Positions 1 through 12,667 of a stretch of DNA of 64,000 nucleotides are shown piece by piece (within the stretch, counting starts at the first letter, position 1; every line of letters begins with the position of its first letter). This DNA is from Octopus sinensis (taxonomy: Eukaryota). The notes below the pieces were generated by a model, which did no database searches, was not told the origin of the DNA, and worked only from the letters and a program-made list of their open reading frames with translations. A program made the position numbers and the translations under genes. The stretch is taken from positions 28,520,001 to 28,584,000 of the forward strand of contig NC_043004.1 in assembly GCF_006345805.1 (NCBI RefSeq), written 5' to 3'.

Positions 1-1816
1 TTATTTATTTATTTATCTATTCATTTATTTATTTATTTATTTATTTAATAGTGTTTTAATTTATTCTATATATCCATCTTCATTAGCTGTAAAAACAAAA
101 GTATCTCTTTTATCACTTCTCTAATAATAAAGCTTTTATTGTTCTCAAGTTCGTTAATTGTTTCTCTTAATATCGTTAGTGGGCGTATACAAATGTCTAT
201 AGGAACGGATATTAAGTCAATTATATCGTTTAATTAACAACAGCGTTTAGGCATCCATATTAGAGGTGTGGTAATTTTTCGAGGAATATTCTGCAGTCTA
301 ACTTCAAGTAGCAATTCTACCGAATTTTGTCTTAAGCTGGAAAGGCGCGGAACTCTCATGTTTTGTGTTTAAAACGGAATACTTAACTGCAGTCTAAATT
401 ATTCCTTATACATACTATGTTGTATTATAGCCAAGACGGTAGCATCCTAGACTTGATATATTTATGATATAATCCAAGAAAGCAGTATCTTGTGCAAGGC
501 TTTTCACACAGATAAAGGCGGCGTATTGATGTTTCATTATAACATTTTTTTTAAGTTGGGGCAGTTTGGGCTGGTGCGTAGAAGGTTATAGTGATAGGGA
601 AAGGTTTGAGAACTTTAGTATGCTGGTTTATTTTGTCAGACAATGACGGAATAATATAACAGGGTGAAAGTGTATTAAAGTGATTCTATAAGACTGGGAG
701 ACAACATGATGCTTCAGAGAAGTCGGAAGCGCCATGAGTTTAATAGAGATACAAGGATAACACACAGAACTCGGTGAACGAATCACGGTTTGCCAATTAG
801 TCAGCTGGCAATTTTGCACACAGCCTAGGATATCTGGATTATCCCCGTGGCGTCTATTTATCCATCAAGGTTTCTAAATTATGCTTTGTTTATCTTGTAT
901 ACCTTAATGTACAAGAAACTGGAAACATATCTGAAGCTTTTAATTCATCTAGAGAAAGTAAAGCGTGAATGTAACCCTAATAATACAAAGTTGTTTGGTT
1001 TCTTATTTGCATCTGAACTAGCAAATTGTATTAATCCATTACATTTTAATTTTTGTTGATTTATACACACAGATACACACACAAACACACACACACACGC
1101 ACACATATTAGTTCTTGATTTATATATGCAAGAACATTAGATGGACTTGATGCATATCTGAAACTAAGCAACACAAGTAAACAATGATTACCTTTCTGAG
1201 GAGCAATTTAAGCGGGGGTGGGTAGGGATGAGTACATATAGAGAAATACTTTCTTCTGGCAAGTTATATCTAAAAGTACTGACTTTAGTGTGAATAACAG
1301 GTCTGGGCTTTCATATTCTTCAATGGCTGTAGTCGGAGTAAGATATATTCTGGGAATGTAGGCATGTCGATACGCTTATTTTCACTAAAGGATCTAATTC
1401 AAGGCTTTTGACATAAATTTGAACTGTATGCTTTTCAGCTCATTTTCCAGTTGTATGTCATTCTACATCTCGGTCTTGTTAGTCTTTTCTTGATTAAGGG
1501 TCCTATCTGACTGTGTGATGGTATACAGACATTTACGTTTAAGTAAACATTTATTTCTCTTATCTTTAAATTTCTTATTTATAGTTATTTGTCTTATCTT
1601 TAAATGTAGCGTTCTCTAGTCTTTTAACTGAAGTAAGTTCAGTGAGTGTTAATGAAACTTAGATGATCATACAGTTGTTCTGATCAGTCAGCTTACTTGC
1701 TATACATATTTTATTCTGACTAACCCTGGAAATTCAGCAATTATTACTGTGACATATTGATAGCACTGTTTTATTTAAAAAAAACATGGAGTTCTGTTAT
1801 TAAATCCATTTATATA

Positions 1817-2000
1817 CGAGGTGGTATCCAAAAGCTGATCTAGAAAAATCTCTGCGCATTTGGATTTTATTTAGCCCAAGGTCAGCACATAATAGGTTAG
1901 ACCTATTATCAAAGTTGTTCCATCCGAGACAACATCATAATTCATTCAGTTCATGAACATACGTTTTATCCAATGTACCTTTCCATTTTCAAAACTGATC
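1817..2000 (-). mobile_element. Mariner terminal fragment, same TIR family as 6265-7544
   Basis: TA+CGAGGTGGTATCCAAAAG at 1815-1834; interior degenerate, so orientation is uncertain. Confidence 0.5.
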
Positions 2001-2397
2001 AGGTGGGATTTGCAAGAATTATGTTTTCCTCCTAATATAAAACAATCAGTCATCTATATTTGTCACGCACTCAGTTGATATTTTGTTATTTCTACCTTAG
2101 TGTTATTGACTTCTGGCCCCAAAGATTTTGAGATTGTATGCCATCAGGTTGACATCTGTAACTGGTAGAACATTAAGTGAAATTTCTAGTACACTGATGT
2201 TAAGAGCAACAGAGGATCAGTTCATTACAGATTATCGTAGGTTCTTTAATCATTGACTGTTGTTATTTGATTTGCTTAATGCGAAGAAATAGTACTAAAA
2301 TTAAGATTCCTAAAATCAAGTATCAAATACTTCTGCATCAATATAAATCTTAATCTTGTATCACAATTGGACAAATAAAAGTAGCTGTCACCTGGTT

Positions 2398-2491
<94 letters not shown>
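2398..2491. repeat. (TAG)n microsatellite
   Basis: Pure TAG array. Confidence 0.97.
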
Positions 2492-4019
2492 CTTTAGGCT
2501 CTTGTAAATCCGGATTAAGTAATCACACAGTCAAAATCCCTCACGCCGAAACTTCCACGATTTTGTTATAATAGAGCAGCAGCATCTAGAACCACATTAT
2601 CCGGTGTATATTTACTGTGACTTTTAAGGTGGATGGGTTTGACCTGAGTTCGATTTGGTTGTTCTTTCTGACAATTCAAACGGTGACGTAGGGGATTCGT
2701 TGCTATCTTATTTTACTCAATTCCATACGTATAGAGCAGTTTTCTTGCTTTAAGATCTATTCCAATGAAAGTTATATAGCAACACTGGTGTCATACGTTT
2801 GTTGATTACATTTATAGGTAATACATAGAAATAATCCTTTTTTAAGACCGTTCCACGCCTCTATGATTCTAAAATTCTTCATTATTGACGATTTTCCTGG
2901 GTTGTTCCTTTTTCACTTTTCTGTACAGTGATTTTAATGTTAAAAATTTAGCTAAAATGATGAACTCTTCCATATTCGCAGTTGAGTATGGAAGAGGATA
3001 TCATAACAATGAAAGACGTAGAATATGGCCACGTTGGAGAAGAAACTGAACAAGAAAAAGCAGAAATATCAATGACACATCAGGAGGAATGAAGTTGTAG
3101 TGAAGGTAAAAAGAAGTTTTACTCCATGTAGGGAAAGCATATTACAGATTAGGAAAGAAGCTTACCTCAAAAAAATATTGTGAGTATGAGATTAACTGCT
3201 CGAAACTGTAAAGCTTAGACAAGCAGTTAAGAGATTAAATAAACTACAAACGAAAATCAAATTTCAGTGCATAACACATATAAATTATACAGTTTCTGTA
3301 GTAGTAGAATTTCTTAGAGTAAAACGGACAAATACGTATGGTGGATAAGGAGACTAGAGAATTACGTCCAGCAGCTCAATAGAATATTTTTGAAGGATAA
3401 ATGCTTTTATTTTTCAGGGGTTTATATGATTATTGTGTGGATAAAGGGTTCGATTAAATCTGCCACAACCCTTCCCAAAATGCTTAGCCTACTGCTAATG
3501 TAATAAACCATTATTAATTTTCCTTAGTAATGCAGTAGACGAAATATTTTACAATATTTCGTTACCTCCTGTTATGTTGTGTTTAGTTCTCCAAGGGGTT
3601 GACTGTGTGTCTCGTTCTTCCAATGAAGTTTACTGGATTGTACTCCCCTAAAATGCTGAGATTTTGAGACAATGTTTGAGTATCATTGACATTGTTGGAG
3701 GAATGGTGGATGGCAGAAGATGCGGTAATGAAGCAAAGGGAAGATGTTACAAAGGGACCAAGGAAGACAGAAGGGTGAGAGATAACAAAAGTGTAAGGGA
3801 TTGCGGAAGGATGAAGGATTTACAGAAGGCGGGAGATGATAAATATTAGAAAGGATGGTAGATGAGGTGTGGATGAGAGAAAACGCAGGAATATTGGGGC
3901 GGGAATGGCAAAAAGAGTGGAAAAGACAAAACGTCCCTCTGCATTTTGATTTCATATTTGATAACTTTCATCTTTTCAGAAGTGATAGAAAAATTATACC
4001 AGTAATATATAATTGTTAG

Positions 4020-4416
4020 TTGTTGATGTAGTTTATATTGTAGTTGTTGCTGTTGCTGTTGAGCGAAGCGGTCTTCGTCCTCTTGGGAGAAGTCCGAAAC
4101 GTGGTCCTTTGCTATTCGTAAGACTCGCAGAAGAGAAAACAGGTCAACCCACGACACCGAGAGCATCGACGGATGGATGAATGCGCATCCAGGCTCAACG
4201 ATCGCGTAGGAAGTCGGGGATAAGAAACAGGAAGAAAGAGTGAGAGAAGGTTGGAGCGAAAGAATACAACAGGGGTCGCCACCATCCCCTGCCGGAGCCC
4301 CGTGGAGCTTTAGGTGTTTTCGCTCAATAAACACACACAACGCTCAGTCTGGGAATCGAAACCGCGATCCTCCGACCGCGAGTCCGCTGCCCTAACCACT
4401 GGGCTATTGCACCTCC
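4020..4416 (-). mobile_element. Family A SINE head and body with an alternative 3' tail ending in CAA/CAG repeats
   Basis: About 4225-4416 matches the first half of 7068-7456; 4020-4220 is unrelated to the tail of that copy. Confidence 0.8.
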
Positions 4417-4944
4417 ACTGTAGTTTCTGCTGTTGATTTTGACCATGTACATCTTTTAACAGGATCGATTTATTCGACTAAAAATGTAATTTAAGGCGGT
4501 TCCCCTACATGATCACAGTCTAAACAAGTAAAAGATAAAATATATAAACCGTATCTTTCGAACCTCATCAAAGCTAGCCTTATGCAGGTGTTTGGAACAA
4601 CAACTCTGTGACATTTACACATTCGTATTGTTTGTTGTTGTTGCGTAGTCACGGGCCAGTTATGACAAATAAGAACTATGGGGAAAAGTTTTCCAGCCGT
4701 GCGCATTCCCTCTTTTAGAAGATATATAGAAGATTAAGCTAATGTACTCCACACTATAAAAATGGGAGAATGTAATTTAAGCAAGTTAACGCCACGTTTT
4801 CTAGCTAATAGATCAACCATATAGAAGCGACTTTATTTTCTTATCGTTTATTTATTTAAAATGCAGGGAAATGTTCAAAGGTATTAGGTTTAATTCTGGA
4901 AATATGTTGTGATAATTACTTAGCTTCTCTATTCTTTTGGTTCT

Positions 4945-5188
4945 TAGGCAACTTAGGCAGCTGGTATTAAACGTTAGCACGCCGGGCGAAATGCTTAGCG
5001 GTATTTTGTCTGCGTTACGTTGTGAGTTCAAATTCCGCCGAGGTCGACTTTGCCTTTCATCCTTTCGGGGTCGATAAATTAAGTACCAGTTACGCACTGG
5101 GGTCGATGTAATCGACTTAATACCTATGTTTGTCCTTGTTTGTCCCCTCTGTGTTTAGCCCCTTGTGGGTAATAAAGAAATAGGTATT
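4945..5188 (+). mobile_element. Family C SINE
   Basis: B-box GAGTTCAAATTCC, then GCCTTTCATCCTTTCGGGGTCGATAAATTAAGTACC (resembles the Meta/MESC SINE core as I recall it); tail AATAAAGAAAT. Confidence 0.9.
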
Positions 5189-5549
5189 ATGTATATTATG
5201 TATATTAGTATGTTATTCTCTACAGTTATAGATATTCTTTTACCATTTGAGTCTTATGAAAGGATTTACACTTCGACACGTAAATCACCGAAATATAAAG
5301 CAAACCTCATCAAGATCCCCGCTCTACAACATAGTCAAATCGTTTAGCTTGTGTTCAATACTCGGTCGTCATAATTCTCGAGAAACAACGGTTATTTTGC
5401 ATGACATATTTCTACTGACCGCAACAAAATAATCTGAATAATCCACAAATATGAAACTCTGCTGTAATTGAACCGTAACAAACCTTCGATACTAATTTAC
5501 AGAAGAAAGATATATATATACACGCGCACGCACGCACACACACACACAG

Positions 5550-5580
<31 letters not shown>

Positions 5581-5677
5581 AACACACACACACACATACA
5601 CACACAGGACATTCAGACACCATAAGGACACTGCAATTCGTCCGACAAGTTCAAAATATTATTGAGAATTATCCCAG

Positions 5678-6230
5678 AAAGTCAATGAGGACTATCGCCA
5701 AAGAACTTTAGGTGTTGGAGTGGGCTTACTTTAAATCTACATGTGATGGCTTTAGGAGTGGTATATAATAGAGGTTGTCATGCCACATAACATTTTTCTA
5801 CAGGTCTTAGAATCAATGCTACTGGACACGTTGACATGTTGGAGACAGTTGTTAAGCACTGATGGATGAAATACGCAGTGTAAGGATATACGTGGTCCAA
5901 CAAAACTCAGTACTTTCTCACAAAATCCTAATAACCTAAGAATGAATATCAGACATATTTTACGATCATGTAACACAAAATTTGTGCCCTCCACACTCGC
6001 TAGATTTAAATCTCGTGGACTACTACGCTAAGAATGTTGTAGAAAGGGCGACTAATCGACATCGTCACAGTATCATAGCTTCACTAAAAGTCTCTATTGT
6101 CCGTGTCCTATTGCTGGCATGAGACGGCGCCTGTTCCGGATTGACGCACTCATCGCAGCTAAACGCAGAATCGTATAATAATCTTATAAAAATGCTTGTC
6201 CAGGACAAGTGAGTAACTCTTTTATTAAAA
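5678..6230 (+). mobile_element. Decayed Tc1/mariner-superfamily transposase remnant, probably maT/DD37D-like
   Basis: KSMRTIAKEL near 5680 and PPHSLDLNLVDYY near 5987 (cf. WPPNSPDLNPLDY); many stops and frameshifts. Confidence 0.6.
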
Positions 6231-6264
6231 AACAGAGTTCTGTTATTAAATCCATTTATATATA

Positions 6265-7544
6265 CGAGGTCGTATCCAAAAGTTCCTGGACTAATTCTGC
6301 AGTGCACCAACAGATGGCAGCAGACGGTTGCGTACATAATGAGAGCTAGCGATGACCTTCATGAGGCAGTGTGCCAAGTGACATCACTGTGTTTACGTTA
6401 CAAGTTGCGAAATTTGTGTTTTTGTGATCACATGTATGCTGTAGTCTGTGAATTAGTCATGAGCAGAAACAAAAAAAAGACCAACGCGAAGTTCTGTGTT
6501 AAACTTGGGTCGTCTGCTACAGAAATATTGAGCATGCTTCGGCAAGCTTACGGCAACGAGGCAATTGGTCGTACGCAATATTTCGAGTGGCACAAGCGCT
6601 TCAAAAGCGGGAGAATGTCCTTAGAAGATCTGCCACGAGCGTTACCCCCGGAAATGTGGTATTGGGCATCGAGAATTCGTCCCCCAGTGCCAGTCCGTCA
6701 ATCAAGAATTCCACAGTGGCCTTTTGAAACGTTTGCGGGAGGACATTCGGCGAAAGTGACCGGATCTGTGGAGCGCCAAGAATTGGATTCTTCATGATGA
6801 CAATGCGCCTTGTCACCGAACTCTCCTCACTGGTGAGTTTTTCGCCAAAAACATGGTATCGCTCCTATCTGTCAGATTTAGCACTTGCGGATTTTCGTCT
6901 CTTTCCCAAGATGAAAATGCAGCTCAAAACGTGGTCGTTATCTTGATAGAGAGCAGATCGCAGAACGTCCTCGACTGGCTTAGGGAAAACGACCTCCAGG
7001 CCGGAGTCCAAAAGCGGCAGGAACGCTGGGACCGGTGTATTGCTACGCAAGGGGACTATTACGAAGGGTTGAGGCGCAATGGACCAGTGGTTAGGGCAGC
7101 GGACTCGCGGTCAGAGGATCGCGGTTTCGATTCCCAGACCGGGCGTTGTAAGTGTTTATTGAGCGAAAACACCCAAAGCTCCACGAGGCTCCGGCAGGGG
7201 TGGTGGTGATCCCTGCTGTACTCTTTCACCACAACTTTCTCTCACTTTTCCTTCCTGTTTCTGTTGTACCTGTATTTCAAAGGGCTGGCCTTGTCACTCT
7301 CTGTGTCACGCTGAATATCCCCGAGAACTACGTTAAGGGTACACGTGTCTGTGGAGTGCTCAGCCACTTACACGTTAATTTCACGAGCAGGCTGTTCCGT
7401 TCATTCGGATCAACCGGAACCCTCGTCGTCGTAACCGACGGAGTGCTTCCATTCCCATTACGAAGGAAATGATGTTAAGTCTTAGGTAAGTAAGTTATTT
7501 TTCATTAAACATAAGTAGTCCAAGAACTTTTTGATACCACCTCG
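6265..7544 (+). mobile_element. Internally deleted mariner (DD34D-type) element with both TIRs
   Basis: 27-bp TIRs (6265-6291 and 7518-7544, 24/27 identical), TA on both sides; transposase remnants KFCVKLGSSATEILSMLRQAYGNEAIGRTQYFEWHKRFKSGR, HDDNAPCH and QERWDRCIATQGDYYEG. Confidence 0.93.
7068..7456 (+). mobile_element. tRNA-headed SINE (family A) inserted in the mariner transposase 3' end
   Basis: A-box TGGACCAGTGG and B-box GGTTTCGATTCCC; 10-bp target-site duplication ATTACGAAGG at 7058-7067 and 7457-7466. Confidence 0.9.
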
Positions 7545-7954
7545 TATCCTGAAATAAATCTCGCCTTCTGTATCCACGCATGCACGCACACACATACGCA
7601 TGCACACACACATAGACTCATGCACGTGTGCATGCATTTACAAAAATATATGTGTGCATGAATTCATACACACACATTTCAAAATCATCTGATTAAAGAA
7701 TATCCGACGGAAAAACTCAATAACTATGTATTGGTCAGTGGAATGAACAACTGTCATTAGCATTTGTTACTTGTGATTCCTTTTTACCCCATTGTACTAC
7801 GAAATATGTCTTAAAATAGAATGAAATTTTATTGTAATCTTCGCTATACGGCAGTATATATACGTGATTATGTATTTGTCTATATATGTGTACGTCTGTG
7901 TATATATATATAGATATATATAAAGCACGGTCACTTTCATTTGCCATATATATG

Positions 7955-7993
7955 TATATATATTATGCATGTGTGTGTGTGCGTGTGTGTGTG

Positions 7994-8035
<42 letters not shown>

Positions 8036-8052
8036 TGTGTGTGTCTGTGTGT

Positions 8053-8105
<53 letters not shown>
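7955..8105. repeat. (GT)n compound microsatellite about 210 bp upstream of the RING exon
   Basis: Direct observation. Confidence 0.97.
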
Positions 8106-8316
8106 GGGATTCAGTGATCATTTGACCAATTTTCGCTCTCTATGTGCATTTGGTAAAAAGCCGTTTTGTATTTTTTGATTAGCGTTTAATGTAATTGTTC
8201 TTTTTGCAACAGAATGACAATGCTTTAGAAAGTGAAATGGTTAGTAAGTAGTATGATGCGGATTTATTCTCTTCTTTAAAATATTAATGACTCTTTTTTT
8301 TTTCCTTTGTTTCTAG

Positions 8317-8413
8317 TTTGCAAAACGTGTATTGTGCGTTATTTGGAAAGTAGCAAATATTGCCCAATCTGCGATGTTCTCGTACATAAAACTCGGCCCT
8401 TGCAGCACATTCG
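8317..8413 (+). CDS. BMI1: BMI1/PCGF2/4-like gene, RING finger exon (97 bp, phase 1 to 2): (F)[31 protein letters not shown](R)
   Basis: Near-identical to recalled human BMI1 residues 38-70 ([33 protein letters not shown]). Polypyrimidine tract and ttctag acceptor end at 8316; gtgagt donor at 8414. Size and phase match the human exon as I recall it. Not in the ORF track. Confidence 0.97.
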
Positions 8414-9478
8414 GTGAGTAACAATTATATCTGAATCAACTAAAAACATTATCGACTTTTCGATCTCGTTATATTTTTTTCTGAATCAGGAACATATTCT
8501 GATAATATCTCTTCTTGTAAAACAAATATGAGCGTTTGTATTTACATAGACTGTTTACTGTTCGGTCCTAAGTCATGAGTGAGTAGACATGTGATAAAAT
8601 ACAGTGAGTACGGGATCATTCCGTGTGTTTGGAGTATAATTATTCGGTACTATATTATCATAGATGGATATAATACCTTCAGTAGGGCTTGATTGAAGGA
8701 GACTTGACTTATTTCCAGCAGGGCAAGATACTCCGTAGAAGATTCCCACTCTGCCTGAATAAATTCAGAGATTATTCAAAACAAAAGAACAGGAAAGAAT
8801 GTTGGTGACATTTGTTCTTAACTGTCTAGATATTAGTCCCAAGTATGTTCTCCCACATGCCGTCAAACTAATAGCCTACCCAATGCTGAAATATCAAAAG
8901 TTTACGCTAATAAAACAGTTGAAATACTGCGAGAGGCTGAAAAATAAAGCTGAAAGTCTACTCCCTGAAGCAAAACTATGAAAAGTATGCAGTGATACAT
9001 GTATGAAATATACTGAGGAGTCTAACCTAACACTGTGGGATGTAAAATTATACCTATCCTGGAACTGGACACCTAAGTGCAAAGGTTCCTACCTAACCCA
9101 TCTAGAGGCAGGATCAAATACTGTAATTGTTTATGGTTCAAAGGTCTTGAAGTCTTAAATTATTTGCTCCAAATGTTAAAACAAATACTAGGATTAGGTG
9201 CTGATGTTTTAAGCAGCAAATTGACATTTTTTGTTATCAAGAATCCTGAAGAACTTATGCCACAGCAAGAATCACAAATGAGGGCGACAATTAAGCGAAA
9301 AGCAGCAACAAGGAGAACAGAGTGGAAACAGAATGAAAGTAACGTTGATAGCGGTGCCTTGACATGGGCAAAGCTGTCGAGCTGCAACAAGATGGAGAGT
9401 AATCGAGCATACACAGACCCACACACACACACGCACGCACACACACATTCACACACACAGATATAGATATACGTATAA

Positions 9479-9514
<36 letters not shown>

Positions 9515-9930
9515 CTGATATCTATGTACTTACACGATTTATAAATCCTTACGTACAGATATAAACTTGTGTGTGTGTGTGTGTTTGTGTAATACACACC
9601 CACACACCCACACTCACACACACACACGCTCGTGCATATACATGTATATGCATACATAGATGTGTGTGGACGTGAATGTGTGTGTGTAATGCGTGCATGT
9701 GAATGAATATGTATATGTGTTATGTATGTGTGTGCGTGTGCATGTTTATGCATGTTTATTAATGTCCCACGACTTATAGGTTCACAAATATGTGTGTCGG
9801 GGTTAAGTCGATAGACAAATAAAGCTGTGATGGTGGTACTCCAGTTTCGCCGCAGTTTAGTTAGTAAAACAAGTTACTACTTGAATAAAAAAAAATATAG
9901 AAATATAGAGAGAGACGTACGTGTATATAT

Positions 9931-10002
<72 letters not shown>

Positions 10003-10179
10003 GTAATGGGGCAGGCAGCAGGTTGCTTAGCCACATACCGAAAAATTAGAAATAGCAGTCAAAGACTGTTTATTTCTGTTTTCTACAAGTAAGACTCCAT
10101 ATATAACATATCCATGTAATTCACATATGTAAAACAGAAGGAAAAAATAACGAAAGCACAGTCTCGGGTTATTACGTAA

Positions 10180-10415
10180 ATAATACCTAATGCACCTACT
10201 ATGATAGGAATTGTTTCTGTTTTTAGATTCCACATTCTGGTTACCTCTATTTCCAGGTCTTTGTATTTTGAAAGTTTCTCCATTTCTTTTAGAGACACGT
10301 TGTCATCTGCTGGTATTGATACATCAATTAGAAAGCATTTCTTTTCTTCATGATCTCTGACAACTATATCTGGCCAGTTGGCCTTAATTTTTCTATCTGT
10401 GTGTATTGGCATCTC
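10180..10415 (-). mobile_element. R4/Dong-like non-LTR retrotransposon fragment, restriction-like endonuclease domain
   Basis: TDRKIKANWPDIVVRDHEEKKCFLIDVSIPADDNVSLKEMEKLSKYKDLEIEVTRMWNLKTETIPIIVGALG carries the PD..D motif; truncated at both ends. Confidence 0.88.
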
Positions 10416-10427
10416 TATTATTATTAT

Positions 10428-10905
10428 TATTGAGTGAGAGAGCAGTTCATGCCATCAAAGTGACACTGGGGTAAAATATACGAAGCCCAATATACCCATC
10501 ATGACTACCCGTCTGATAAAGGTACACCAGGCACATGCATCACAACCATATGTGCGCGACATGGTGATCTCATATCAAGATAAACAGCACATGACCTTGC
10601 AGGTGGGGCCCAGTTAGAATTTTCTTCAGGTTGAGTAGCCCATCCCGCTCAAACGGTCCCTGAATAAGGGTTGTTTAAGGATGTTGAAAGAACCACCCAT
10701 GTTTCCAGAGGTGAACTATTCAAACCCCAAAGAATCCCTCTCAACACATGGCTATGATGCTCCCCCACTACTTCTGCTCGTGATCAGAGATGCACATATC
10801 GTCAGCCACTAAGGGACATGCTCAACTGGTTAAGGTCAAACAACTGACAAGCAAATCTGTGGTATTGAGCAGAATATTTGCTGTAGCCCATCTTTTATAC
10901 CAAGA
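10428..10905 (-). mobile_element. About 470-bp interspersed repeat (element D) with (TAA)n tail
   Basis: Second copy at 58128-58590 with high similarity; no ORF; class unknown. Confidence 0.8.
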
Positions 10906-10907
10906 CA

Positions 10908-10975
<68 letters not shown>

Positions 10976-10995
10976 ATCATTATTATTATTATTAG

Positions 10996-11101
10996 AGTTC
11001 AAATTCCTCCGAGGCCGACTTTGCCTTTCATCCTTTCGGGGCCCGATAAATCAAGCACGTACTGGGGTCGATCTAATCGACTTGTGCCTAGAGTAGAAAA
11101 G
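10996..11101 (+). mobile_element. 5'-truncated family C SINE unit within ATT arrays
   Basis: Starts at the B-box, has the core, ends GTGCCTAGAGTAGAAAAG followed by (ATT)n. Confidence 0.8.
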
Positions 11102-11187
<86 letters not shown>

Positions 11188-11712
11188 TTGTTTATTTTTA
11201 TCATTTTTATTTATCATAGTTACGTATATGTAATATTTTTTAATATATCTGTGCATGCGTTTGTTAATGTGTTGAAAGTTACTAGACGAGGACGAATCAA
11301 ATCTGCTTACTATTTAGCAAAGTTGAATATTACGTCATCAATATGTGTGCATAATATATATATTTATGATAGTGAGAATACATACGATCATAACTGAGGA
11401 AAGCATTTATGTCAACAAATCAAAATTAATAAAAATGTAACCATTATTAACTTAATATGTAGTATCTTTAACTTAAAATTACCTGTTTCTTGATAAATAA
11501 TAATCACAGCTTCCTAAGATACGTATTTAAATTAACATCTTAGTAACTTCTTCTACAGTTACCCGTAAATATAACCTTATATTTATATTTACCATTTATT
11601 TTATATTTTAATATTAATAAGATATTTACTAAGAATTATTTAATATTCTTAATTACAATTTGTAGCATATTAATCCTAAGATAATCCTAGGCATATTGAC
11701 ATTACATTTAAT

Positions 11713-12102
11713 TTAATGGTAGTTTTTGAAAACATTTTTACAGGCGTGAACAGAAGATGACCCACTCTCTTTTTTGGTGTTAAGGAATCTACGTCTAGAA
11801 TTTAGGATTTGGAATAATTCTTCCCCAAAAAGAAAACAATAGGCATTTTCAATTTTATAGGCACCGGCCCTGCTTATTATATCCCATTCCACAATGAACA
11901 TTTTATTTTTGCTAAGGCTTGTAGAAGACGACTTATTTTTATTAGTAAAGGTGTGATTATGATTAGTGATGCGTCTTTTTATAAAGTTTTCCGATGCGCC
12001 GATGTAAAAGAAATTCTTACCCTCAGAATTCACTCTACACCATTTTTTTTTTTGGCTTATAATAATTATCAAACAAACAGTTATTTTTAACTTTGCAATC
12101 AC
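11713..12102 (-). mobile_element. Penelope-like element GIY-YIG endonuclease remnant
   Basis: EGKNFFYIGASENFIKRRITNHNHTF..STSLSK..VEWDII.RAGAYK....C.L.GEELFQIL...LNTKKE is the typical C-terminal PLE pattern with decayed cysteines. Confidence 0.8.
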
Positions 12103-12204
12103 AATATATATTTTCCATTCTATTCATATTACTGTTTTGATTTATATCATTATATTCAGTATGAATTTTATGAGGTTTATTAGATGTACGAAGCAATGAA
12201 TTGG

Positions 12205-12421
12205 TTTACTCTTTTACTTGTTTCAGTCATTTGACTGCAGCCATGCTGGAGCATCGCCCTTATAGTCTAGCAAATCGATCCCAGAGCTTATTCTTTGTAA
12301 GCTTAGTACTTATTCTATCGGTCTGTTTTGCTGAATCGCTAAGTTACGTGGACGTAAACACACCAACCTCGGTTGTCAAGCGATGCTGGGGGAAAACCAG
12401 ACACACAAACATACACGCACG

Positions 12422-12501
<80 letters not shown>

Positions 12502-12666
12502 CGACGGGCTTCTTCCAGTTTCCGTCTACCAAATCTACTCACAAGGCTTTGGTCGGCCCGAAGCTATAGTAGAAGACACTTGCCCGAGGTGCCACGCAGT
12601 GCGACTGAACCCGGGACCATGTGATTGGTAAGCAAGCTACTTACCACACAGCCACTCCTGCGCCTA
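12205..12666 (-). mobile_element. Full-length family B SINE (tRNA head, internal TA/CA microsatellite, AAAGAGT-type tail)
   Basis: Head TAGGCGCAGGAGTGGCTGTGTGGTAAG..GGGTTCAGTCGC; tail ..GCATGGCTGCAGTCAAATGACTGAAACAAGTAAAAGAGT; same structure as 31995-32410 and 53897-54319. Confidence 0.92.
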
Positions 12667-12667
12667 G

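Noticed and set aside
1200-1480. Minus-strand Penelope RT remnant (similar hint at 17700-17950)
   Set aside because: Motif matches too weak and fragmented to call by eye.
2982-3092. Short acidic ORF after a CAG acceptor-like site (LSMEEDIITMKDVEYG..)
   Set aside because: No recognisable homology; short, ends in a stop; compatible with chance or a transposon relic.
1-8316. First BMI1 coding exon (C..C GGY.IDATTI.ECLHS)
   Set aside because: No such motif found by eye; presumably upstream of the window.
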